DNA of 64,000 nucleotides, taken from the NCBI RefSeq assembly GCF_006345805.1, contig NC_042999.1, forward strand, positions 41,602,001 to 41,666,000. The letters run 5' to 3'. The position numbers and the translations under genes are program-made. Shown one piece after another: positions 53,521 through 64,000 of this stretch; the stretch's first letter is position 1; each line of letters opens with the position of its first letter. The stretch comes from Octopus sinensis. Taxonomy: Eukaryota. The notes beneath the pieces are model-generated. The model did not search any database, was not told the origin of the DNA, and worked only from the letters and a program-made list of their open reading frames with translations.

Positions 53521-53522
<2 letters not shown>
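53310..53522 (-). mobile_element. PLE pLTR-like remnant
   Basis: Paralogue of 35415-35600; contains a hammerhead motif; flanked by TA/CA tracts. Confidence 0.7.
53418..53452 (-). ncRNA. Minimal type-I hammerhead-like motif with an intact core and an extra A after A9
   Basis: GUUU-CUGACGA-A-GAGC(UCC)GCUC-GAAAC-GUU-AAAC; palindromic ACGU helix III; GUU triplet. Confidence 0.7.
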
Positions 53523-53619
<97 letters not shown>

Positions 53620-53645
53620 TATATATATAATATATATATATATAT

Positions 53646-53825
53646 ATACTAAGCAATAAGGGTTAGCAACGAATTGCCTTACCACATACCGAATTTAGAA
53701 ATAGCAGTCAAAGGGTTTTAGCTATTCTTCTACTAGTAGAAGAAATAGCTAAAACCCTTTGACTGCTATTTCTAAATTCGGTATGTGGTAAGGCAATTCG
53801 TTGCTAACCCTTTATTGCTTAGTAT
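53646..53825. repeat. 180-bp spacerless palindrome
   Basis: Arms 53646-53734 and 53735-53825 are reverse complements except for two 1-nt homopolymer indels; centre TACT|AGTA. Confidence 0.95.
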
Positions 53826-54234
53826 TACTTAAATTTTCCTCGAATGAGGCTTTTACATGCCGAAGACTACTTGGTGTAATTGATAATTATTCCAAATTAA
53901 TTAATTTCACCTTCATTATTACGGATATATATATATATATATATATTCGTGCATACGTACATAAAAATATATAGACATTATAAGGAGTATAATGATTATT
54001 CATATGTGGACTTTTTATATGAAGGCTCTTCTATTAATAATTGAGACGTACTCATTATTTAGCAATTTTGTTCTAAACTGAGTATCCTTATTTTGCAATA
54101 CATGCATACATACATACACACATACATGTAGTTATTTAATTGACCGTTCTAGTCACGTTGAAAATAGTGTAGAGTGTATCATTTATTTACATATATGCAG
54201 AATGGTTTCTTAGAAACAGCGACATTGTATATAT

Positions 54235-54449
54235 ACTATTTTACTCTTTTACTTGTTTCAGTCACTTGACTGCGGCCATGCTGGAGTACCGCCTTTTAAT
54301 CGAGCAACTCGACCCCGGGACTTACTTTTTGTAAGCCCAGTACTTATTCTATCGGTCAACTTTTGCCGAACCGCTAAGAAACGGGGACATAAACACACCA
54401 ACATCGGTTGTCAAGCAATGCTAGAGGACAAACACAGACACACACACGC

Positions 54450-54484
<35 letters not shown>

Positions 54485-54656
54485 CATACATATATACGAC
54501 GGGCTTCTTTCAGTTTCCGTCTACCAAATCCACTCACAAGGCTTTGGTCAGCCTGAGGCTATAGTAGAAGACACTTGCCCAAGGTGCCACGCAGTGGGAC
54601 TGAACCTGGAACCATGTGGTTGGTAGACAAGCTACTTACCACACAGCCACTCCTGC
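54235..54656 (-). mobile_element. SINE family B, full length
   Basis: Reverse complement of 36681-37096. Confidence 0.9.
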
Positions 54657-54671
54657 GCCTATGTATATATA

Positions 54672-54865
54672 CTATTTTACTCTTTTGCTTGTTTCAGTCA
54701 TTTGACTACGGCCATGGTGGAGTACCGCCTTTAGAATTTATTCTTTATAAGCTTAGTACTTATTCTATCGGTCTCATTTGCCGAACTGCAAAGTTACGGG
54801 GACGTAAACACACCAGCATCGGTTGTCAAGTGATGTTGGGGGGACAAACATAGACAGACAAGCAC

Positions 54866-54932
<67 letters not shown>

Positions 54933-55027
54933 GTATATATATATAGGACGGGTTTCTTTCAGTTACCATCTACCAAAGGCTTAGGTCGGCCCGAGGCTAT
55001 AGTAGAAGACACTTGCCCAAGGTGCCA
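54672..55027 (-). mobile_element. SINE family B, head-truncated, tandem to the previous copy
   Basis: Reverse complement of the body and tail. Confidence 0.85.
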
Positions 55028-56661
55028 AAATGTATATATATATATATATATATCAGTTTCAAATCTATATATTGAGTTGTGTATAGATTTAGTCATCTGC
55101 CAATAAATATCACGTTTAGAAAAAAAAATTTAAGTTGCCACTAACTTTACGGAAGTAATGTGTTAAAGGACGACGCCAGTGAAACAAGTTCACAAGAATT
55201 TTACGACGGCGGCTCCATCGATGGTTGTACTGAAGGACCCTTATCAGTTGATCTCCTCTGTAACTATAAGTGTCAAGAAAGGCTCTGGATAGATGAATTA
55301 AAGTAAAGAAAATGGCCAAGCAAATGGGCTCATGGATTCTACGTGTACCTTCTTAAAATAGTTTTGAAATACCCTTCCAAAATTGTAGGGTAAATTTCTA
55401 AGAGTCCATGTCTGCTATAAAATTATTATTTTGTATATGAATACATTGAATTGCATTCATTGTAATAATTTTCTCAAGGGTGCATAACTGTCATAGACTG
55501 GCGCTGAGTAAGCATAGTCTTTTGTCTTGTACTTTTACTCTTATTTGAGTGTCAATGTTCATGTCCTTTTAACTACCAGATTTAATTAGACAATGTTGTG
55601 TTGCAAGCATAGTTCTTCCTGAAGAAAATAGCGTGGTTGTAATATTGCTCTTTGAAGCTCTGCCACTTTTATGCTTGCCACTGGCTATATCGACAGAAAT
55701 AAATTCGGTTTTGTATATTAATGTTTCGGCCTTGAAAGACTGGTCTTGCGGAACTACTTGCACTTACCTACACTTGTTTGAGAGAGAATGCAACATCAAC
55801 TAACAAATTTGTGTTGACATTTTTCATATACTGTGATAGGAAGGAAAGTGTTAATTTATCATTGTCAGGAAGCTTTTAACTAAGTTAGCCTTTGAGCTTA
55901 AAATTTAAATATAAGTGCTCCATATAAAACAGTGTGCTTGAACTTAGTTCAGGAAAGTAGAATTCGTAGTGTTCTGACATTTTTATAGTGGAAGTACTAC
56001 TTACTAAGGCACTATTGTAATATGAGACAGCTTTATTGAACGTATCTGTGATAGAAGAATGTTTAGAAACTTTTCTGCTAATATTTCGACAAGATTTTTG
56101 AAAACCATGGTGTTTGATAATATTTAGTGTTTGTATAAATCAATATTTCATTTGGTTGGCCTTGAGGTGTTAGTGTCCATGTTAAGAGTGACATCTAAGG
56201 ATCTAACAGTTTTAGGTTAATGGTTAGCTTTAGGCCTAAGCTATTGAAGATGCTTATGGAGTCATTTAATCTATCGAACGCTTGTCCATTAGACTGTAAT
56301 AAAATGGTCAATCCATTATGTTAATGTCATCCATGTTGAGAATGGAAAATCTATTCGTTAATATGATGATTGCAAATAAGCCAGCGAAATCACTAGCATA
56401 TTGTTACATATTATATCTTAACAAGCAAATATATATTTTTTTATTCCTAACATTTCTGTAAATTCACTCACACTTACAAATATACCACTAACTAAATATT
56501 ATTACTCCCACACTCAAGGAAAGAAGAAAAATAGTCAAACTATGGAACAACTTTTCAGATTATACCTAAACCAGTGAACAGGATCTACATGAAAAGATTA
56601 ATCAGAACAATGAAGAAAAAGGTAAATATGTTGGAAGTCATATTTTTACAAGACCATATTA

Positions 56662-56975
56662 AAAGTGGAGGGGCAATGGCCAAGTGGTTAGGGCAGCGGA
56701 GTCGTGGTTGTAGGATCGCGGTTTCGATTCCCAGTCCGGGTGTTTTGAGTGTTTATTGAGGGAAAGCACCTAAAGCTCCACGAGGCTCCGACTGTGAGTA
56801 TGGCGATCCCTGCTGTACTCTTTCACCACAACTTTCTCTCACTCTGTCTTCTGTTGGCCTGCTCGCTTAGCCAGCAGGGTGGCGTCGTTTGAAGGCTAAA
56901 ACAATGTGAAGCGCATTGTGACCAGCGATGTGTAGCAACATCTGATACTGCTCGGTCACGGTGATCACGGTGATA
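56662..56975 (+). mobile_element. SINE family D (tRNA-derived head, CACGGTGAT tandem tail)
   Basis: GGCCAAGTGGTTAGGGC A-box; GGTTTCGATTCCC B-box. Confidence 0.8.
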
Positions 56976-57792
56976 TTAAAAGTGATTTTCGGAATGCTAA
57001 GCTGGAACCACCCACTGAGGATTAAAGGACTCGGCAAATGGGAAGCCGTTCCTCCGGAATTAATTAGAACAGTAGTATGTAAAATTAGATAGAAATAATT
57101 TCAAAGTAAACTGAAATTAGTTATTATGAATGGCGTTTAAGAACTCTAAGTTGATATATTTTCAGACGAGACAACTTGTTCAAACTTAGCAAAGATATTT
57201 TCGATTAACTCTTAATTAACGCTGTCATGCGCAAATAAATTAAAGCTAAAAAAATATTTTAATAAGACTAATGATGAAACGAAAATAATAGCCACATAAC
57301 TTAAAATAGATAAGAAAGCGCATTGTTTAGTCAAACATGAAGCGTTTATAATACTTATAAATTACAAGAAGAGTTACAGCGCAAACAGCAAGAGTAGGCT
57401 TATAAATCATGTTATAAGTTATCGTAGAACAGTTGGCATCCATGTTGTTAATCACATTAACTATAAAATACGAAACGCTACAGGATTGCAACGATGAAAT
57501 ATATAGATACTTATATATAGCTGTTTTCAGATAATAAAATGACATATTGCATTTAGTATTGAGAAAAATGGAAAAATAATGTCAAGAATGCTGTATCAAT
57601 TAGAAAGATAAAAAGCATAAGCTCATATATTATATCGTATTATAAATGTATTGTACCATATTATTTGAAATTAAAGATAGTGTGTATAATTAGTCATAGA
57701 TATTCTCAGTATTTTGGTCAGTATAGATAAAAATACATTGAATATTATTATCCCTGAACCGTAAGAGTGAGTATGTTAAATAATTAATGGGT

Positions 57793-58065
57793 GCCTGGTA
57801 AGTAGCTTGCTTACAAACCACATGGTTCCGGGTTCAGTCCTACTGCGTGGCACCTTGTCAAGGCTCTTCTACTATAGCCTCGGGCCGACCAAAGCCTTGC
57901 GTGTGGATTTGGTAGACGGAAACTGAAAGTAGCCCGTCGTATATATGTATATGTATATCTAAAAGCCTGACGCTTCTATTGGTTTGTTACAGAGACCTAA
58001 ACAACCGACGTCGGTTGTCAAGCAGTGAGAGTGGGGACAAGCCCAAACCCAAGCACGCACTAACT
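57793..58065 (+). mobile_element. SINE family B (3'-degenerate)
   Basis: GGTTCCGGGTTCAGTCC..GGATTTGGTAGACGGAAACTG. Confidence 0.85.
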
Positions 58066-58129
58066 ATACAAACACACATACATACATTCATACATGCATA
58101 TATAGACATAGATACACATAAATGTGTGC

Positions 58130-58186
<57 letters not shown>

Positions 58187-58204
58187 TAGATAGATAGATA
58201 GATA

Positions 58205-58809
58205 TGTTTCTTTATTAGCCACACAGGGCTGCACACAGATAGAATAAATTACAAGGAGAGACTTTTCTTTTGAAGGTATTAAAAAAAAAAAAAAAAAGGA
58301 AGGGGGAGGTTCGATCAAAAGGGATCGTAAAAGGAGAGAAAGAGGACAAAAATAGGGGGGGTTAAAAAAAAAAAAAAAGGGGGGGGAGAGGAAAAAAAAT
58401 GATCAATAGGGATCGTTATCACAGAAATGTCAATATGAAGTGTAAAGGGAGAGGACAGGTGAGGTTACGTGGAAAGACAAAGCCTGCGGAAAAGACAACG
58501 GTAACCTCGGTCAATGAAGTCAAATTTTATATTTCTTTTTTTTTTTTTTTTTTTTTTTTGCAAAGAAGCAACTCTCTGTTTTCGATTTCTGGGTTCATAG
58601 GACTATGCTCAAGGTGGCTTCGTCATTCATACGTGCCATTCTTGCTAAATTCACCCATCTTTTTTTAAAACTTCGCTAGACAAAACTTGCCCTCTTACTC
58701 TCACTTTCCTTTTCAAGTGGTACTTGAAGAAGGTGATGAGAGATTGACCAGAGAGGAAAGTGTTTGTCTCCATCCTTTCAGACGCGTCCACCAGATACAT
58801 TCTTTCGCC

Positions 58810-58813
<4 letters not shown>
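58205..58813 (-). mobile_element. L1/Tx1 LINE 3' end, array unit 1 (~610 bp)
   Basis: [17 protein letters not shown] plus 3' UTR ending AATAAAGAAACA-(TATC)n. Confidence 0.9.
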
Positions 58814-58841
<28 letters not shown>

Positions 58842-58844
58842 GAC

Positions 58845-58918
<74 letters not shown>

Positions 58919-58919
58919 A

Positions 58920-59137
58920 CTGGAAGAAACGTTAGCACGCCGGCTGAAATGCTTATCGGTGTTTCGTCTGCCGTTACGTTCTGTGTTCAAATTCTGCCGA
59001 GATCGACTTTGCCTTTCATCCTTTCGGGGTCGATAAATTTAGTTACGCACTGGAGTCGATGTAATCGACATAATCCCTTTGTCTATCCTTGTTTGTCCCC
59101 TTCTATGCCTAGCCCCTTGTGGGCAATAAAGAATAAG

Positions 59138-59140
<3 letters not shown>
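58920..59140 (+). mobile_element. SINE family A, 5'-clipped
   Basis: Starts CTGGAAGAAACGTTAGC; same variant as 62252-62465. Confidence 0.88.
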
Positions 59141-59168
<28 letters not shown>

Positions 59169-59231
59169 TATATTAATTAGAGACAAAACCACTATTATGC
59201 AAATATATATATATATATTATATATATATAT

Positions 59232-59271
<40 letters not shown>

Positions 59272-59281
59272 TAGATAGATA

Positions 59282-60003
<722 letters not shown>

Positions 60004-60163
60004 TGTTCTTTATTAGCCACACAGGGCTGCACAGATAGAACAAATTACAAGGTAGAGCTTTTCTTTTGAAGGTATTAAAAAAAAAAAAAAAAAAAAAAAG
60101 GAAAGGGGGAGGTTCGATCAAAAAGGGATCGTAAAAGGAGAGAAAGAGGACAAAAATAAGGGG

Positions 60164-60202
<39 letters not shown>

Positions 60203-62251
60203 AGAGGAAAAAAAAAATCAATAGGGATCGTTATCACAGAAATGTCAATATGAAGTGTAAAGGGGAGGACAGGTGAGGTTTACCCGTGGAAAGAGAAAAG
60301 CTGCGGAAAAGACCACGGTAACCTCGGTCAATGAAGTCACATTTTATATTTCTTTTTTTTTTTTTTTTTTTTGCAAATAAGCAACTCTCTGTTTTCGATT
60401 TCTGGGTTCATAGGACTATGCTCAAGGTGGCTTCGTCATTCATACGTGCCATTCGTGCTACATTCACCCATCTTTTTTAAAACATTCGCTAGACAAAACT
60501 TGCCTCTCTACTCTCACTTTCCTTTTCAAGTGGTACTTGAAGAAGTTGATGAGAGATTGACCAGAGAGGGAAGTGTTTGTCTCCAATCCTTCAGACGCGT
60601 CCACCAGATACATTCTTTCGCCATAGCCACAAGGATGATGAAAATAGCTCTTCCTTCCCGTTTGAAGGAGGAGGCGTGACAATATTGACGATAGACAGCT
60701 GATAAACCGACTCGTCCCACACGTGACAGCAGTTGTTCGACATAAGCCCAAAGGTCGGAAATTGTTGGACACTGAACGAGTGCGTGCAGAACGGTTTCGT
60801 CGCTCTGACCGCATCTCGGGCAGGTCGGCCCCGTGTTTCTCGAGCCGTGTCTGTAGAGCTTATCCCGAACGGGTAGCGCTTCTCGGTAGCACTGCCAGGC
60901 CAGGGATCTCTGGAAGTTGTCCATGGGCCCTGGCCCGAAAGTCGTCCCGAACAGGCGGGCAGGTACTCCTCGTCGACGTCCAGGTTCGCTCCGAGCTCGT
61001 CGTCGTACCTCCCCTCCACTAAACCCCTATAGAATGCTTTGGTTGTGTTGAAGTCACTTAAGGTCGACCCAGGACGGCAGAGTTGCTTGAGAGCAACGCG
61101 ACACTCGCGGTTGCCATTCGCCCTTCCTCGGCCTCTTTTGATCCACGACTGCAGTTCGGTCATGGAGACGAGCTGCGGGAAAGCGTGCCCCTCACAAACG
61201 GCGCCCACACCTGTTCACCGTCGTCTACATAGAGCCGAGATGTCGCAGTCTCAGCGCGTGTCTGCGCATCATCAACCACGGCATGCCCAGCCCTCCTTTT
61301 AACGGGTGTTGACAGCAAATGGATCGCCTGACCATCGGACGCATCCTTTCCACAAGAAGCGAAAGAGGATGCGTTGTAGTTTGGTGATGGTAGGGTCGGG
61401 ACAAGGTACGACGGTCAGGCGATAGTAGATGACGGACGCGATGTACGTGTTCGCCACCTCCGCTCGACCTTTTAGGGACAGTTTCCTCTCGGCCATTGCC
61501 GGGCGAGAGTGACACCCTACTCGTTATCTCGTTCCAGTTCTTCTCCACTTGGAGGCCGGACCAAACCAGACCCCGAGCAACTCAACCGGGCCGTCGGTCC
61601 AGCGTCCCACGACGGAGGCGCTGGTGGACGGCATGGGCTTGCTTCTCCAGGTGCCTAGTCGCAAGCCCACTGACTTTTCCGGTTGATTTTCGCTCCTGTC
61701 ACCGCTTCGTAGTTTTTCAGTGTCTCGCCGACCAGCTCGATGTGCTCGTGGCTAGACACTATGACGGTGACGTCGTCGCGTATGCAGACACGCTCGTCCG
61801 CATCCCAATTCTCGCGGGATGCCCCTTAGAGTCGCCAGCTTCCGCAGTAGAGTAGTGGCTCAAGAGTCAATACGTATAGAAGCGCCGAGAGGGGGCATCC
61901 CTGACGGACCGAACGTGCAATGTCGAAAGGTCTCGATAGATGTCCATTTACGCGAATTACCGAACGGATGCCTCTGTACAAGGCAGCTTCCAGCCGCGGA
62001 AGACGGGACCGAAACCAGCCGCTCTCAGGACTGCCTCCAAGTATCGATGGTCTACCCTATCAAAGGCTTTTGATTGATCCAAGTTGATCAGGGCCCCACC
62101 CTGCCAGGTTCGTTAACTACCCTGTCTATGATGTAGCGCATCAGATGGAGGTTGTCATGGATGGTCCGGCCTGGCACGGCGCATGTTTGCGCCTTGTCGA
62201 CCAGTTTCTCGATGACAAGCGCCAACCTCTTGGCTAGCACCTTGGCCAAAA
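60004..62251 (-). mobile_element. L1/Tx1 LINE, 5'-truncated ORF2 (RT plus C-terminal CCHC; coding 60408-62251), array unit 3
   Basis: LAKRL..QTCAVPGRTIHDN..LDQSKAFDRVDH..RQGCPLS..YADDVTV..GGLGMP..CPRCGQSDETVLHALVQC; broken by 1-nt indels. Confidence 0.93.
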
Positions 62252-62465
62252 CTGGAAGAAACGTTAGCACGCCGGCTGAAATGCTTATCGGTGTTTCGTC
62301 TGCCGTTACGTCTGTGTTCAAATTCTGCCGAGATCGACTTTGCCTTCATCCTTTCGGGGTCGATAAATTTAGTTACGCACTGGAGTCGATGTAATCGACT
62401 TAATACATTTGTTATCCTGTTGTCCCTTCTATGCCTAGCCCCGTGTGGCAATAAAGAAATAAGAT
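62252..62465 (+). mobile_element. SINE family A, 5'-clipped, abutting the LINE truncation point
   Basis: Junction TTGGCCAAAA|CTGGAAGAAACG. Confidence 0.88.
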
Positions 62466-62530
62466 ATATAATATAATAGTATATATATTATATTATATTA
62501 AATTAGAGACAAAACCACTATATGAAAATA

Positions 62531-62611
<81 letters not shown>

Positions 62612-62681
62612 TGTTTCTTTATTAGCCACACAGGGCTGCACACAGATAGAACAAATTACAAGGTAGAGCTTTTTTTGTAGG

Positions 62682-62714
<33 letters not shown>

Positions 62715-64000
62715 AAGGAAGGGGGAGGTTCGATCAAAAGGGATCGTAAAAGGAGAGAAAGAGGACAAAAATAAGGGGGGTTAAAAAAAAAAAAAAGGGG
62801 GGGGGGGGAGAGGAAAAAAAATGATCAATAGGGATCGTTATCACAGAAATGTCAATATGAAGTGTAAAGGGGAGGACAGGTGAGGTTTATCCGTGGAAAG
62901 AAAAGCCTGCGGAAAAGACCACGGTAACCTCGGTCAATGAAGTCACATTTTATATTTCTTTTTTTTTTTTTTTTGCAAATAAGCAACTCTCTGTTTTCGA
63001 TTTCTGGGTTCATAGGACTATGCTCAAGGTGGCTTCGTCATTCATACGTGCCATTCTTGCTACCCATCCCATCTTTTTTAAAACATTCGCTAGACAAAAC
63101 TTGCCTCTCTACTCTCACTTTCCTTTTCAAGTGGTACTTGAAGAAGTTGATGAGAGATTGACCAGAGAGGAAAGTGTTTGTCTCCAATCCTTTCAGACGC
63201 GTCCACCAGATACATTCTTCGCCATAGCCACAAGGATGATGAAAATAGCTCTTCCTTCCCGTTTGAAGGAAGGAGGCGTGACAATATTGACGATAGACTC
63301 AGCTGATAAACCGACTCGTCCCACACGTGACAGCAGTTGTTCGACATAAGCCCACAGGTCGGAATTGTTGGACACTGAACGAGTGCGTGCAGAACGGTTT
63401 CGTCGCTCTGACCGCATCTCGGGCAGGTCGGCCCCGTGTTTCTCGAGCCGTGTCTGTAGAGCTTATCCCGAACGGGTAGCGCTTCTCGGTAGCACTGCCA
63501 GGCCAGGGATCTCTGGAAGTTGTCCATGGGCCCTGGCCCGAAAGTCGTCCCGAACAGGCGGGTCAGGTACTCCTCGTCGACGTCAGGTTCGCCCCGAGCT
63601 CGTCGTCGTACCTCCCCTCCACTAAACCCCTATAGAATGCTTTGGTTGTGTTGAAGTCACTCAAGGTCGACCCAGGACGGCAGAGTTGCTTGAGAGCAAC
63701 GCGACACTCGCGGTGCCATTCGCCCTTCCTCGGCCTCTTTTTGATCCACGACTGCAGTTCGGTCATGGAGACGAGCTGCGGGAAAGCGTGCCTCACAAAC
63801 GGCGACCACACCTGTTCACCGTCGTCTACATAGAGCCAGAGATGTCGCAGTCTCAGCGCGTGTCTGCGCATCATCAACCACGGCATGCCCAGCCCTCCTT
63901 TTAACGGGTGTTGACAGCAAATGGATCGCCTGACCATCGGGACGCATCCTTTCCACAAGAAGCGAAAGAGGATGCGTTGTAGTTTGGTGATGGTAGGGTC
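62612..64000 (-). mobile_element. L1/Tx1 LINE, array unit 4 (runs off the window end)
   Basis: Near-identical to 60004-61400 apart from small indels. Confidence 0.92.

Noticed and set aside
56662-56740. tRNA-like sequence with A and B boxes
   Set aside because: It continues into a repeated SINE body with no acceptor-stem closure, so it is a SINE head, not a tRNA gene.

Overview
AT-rich, repeat-dominated animal genomic DNA, most likely an octopod cephalopod (inferred from the SINE and microsatellite repertoire). I can identify no host protein-coding gene with confidence. Most long ORFs in the track are translations of (TA)n, (CA)n, (AAT)n, (GAT)n and (GATA)n microsatellites. The informative sequence is transposable-element material. 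It includes about 11 fragments of R4/Dong-type RLE retrotransposons, nearly all in (AAT)n tracts, and L1/Tx1-clade LINE fragments, including a tandem array at 58.2-64 kb tied to (GATA)n. There is also an RTE-type 3' end with three C2H2 fingers, mariner (DD34D) and maT-like (DD37D) remnants, a hAT-like MITE, four tRNA-derived SINE families and Penelope-like (PLE) remnants. The strongest leads are: (1) minimal type-I hammerhead ribozyme motifs in PLE repeats, two of which carry an apparently compensatory A3-U8 core (AUGAUUA instead of CUGAUGA) and flank an RT-less PLE; (2) a 180-bp spacerless palindrome next to another hammerhead motif; (3) a non-coding ~550-bp element that shares the (AAT)n niche and orientation of the Dong elements; (4) a SINE tetramer bounded by one target-site duplication. 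All assignments are by-eye motif recognition. No database searches or folding computations were run.
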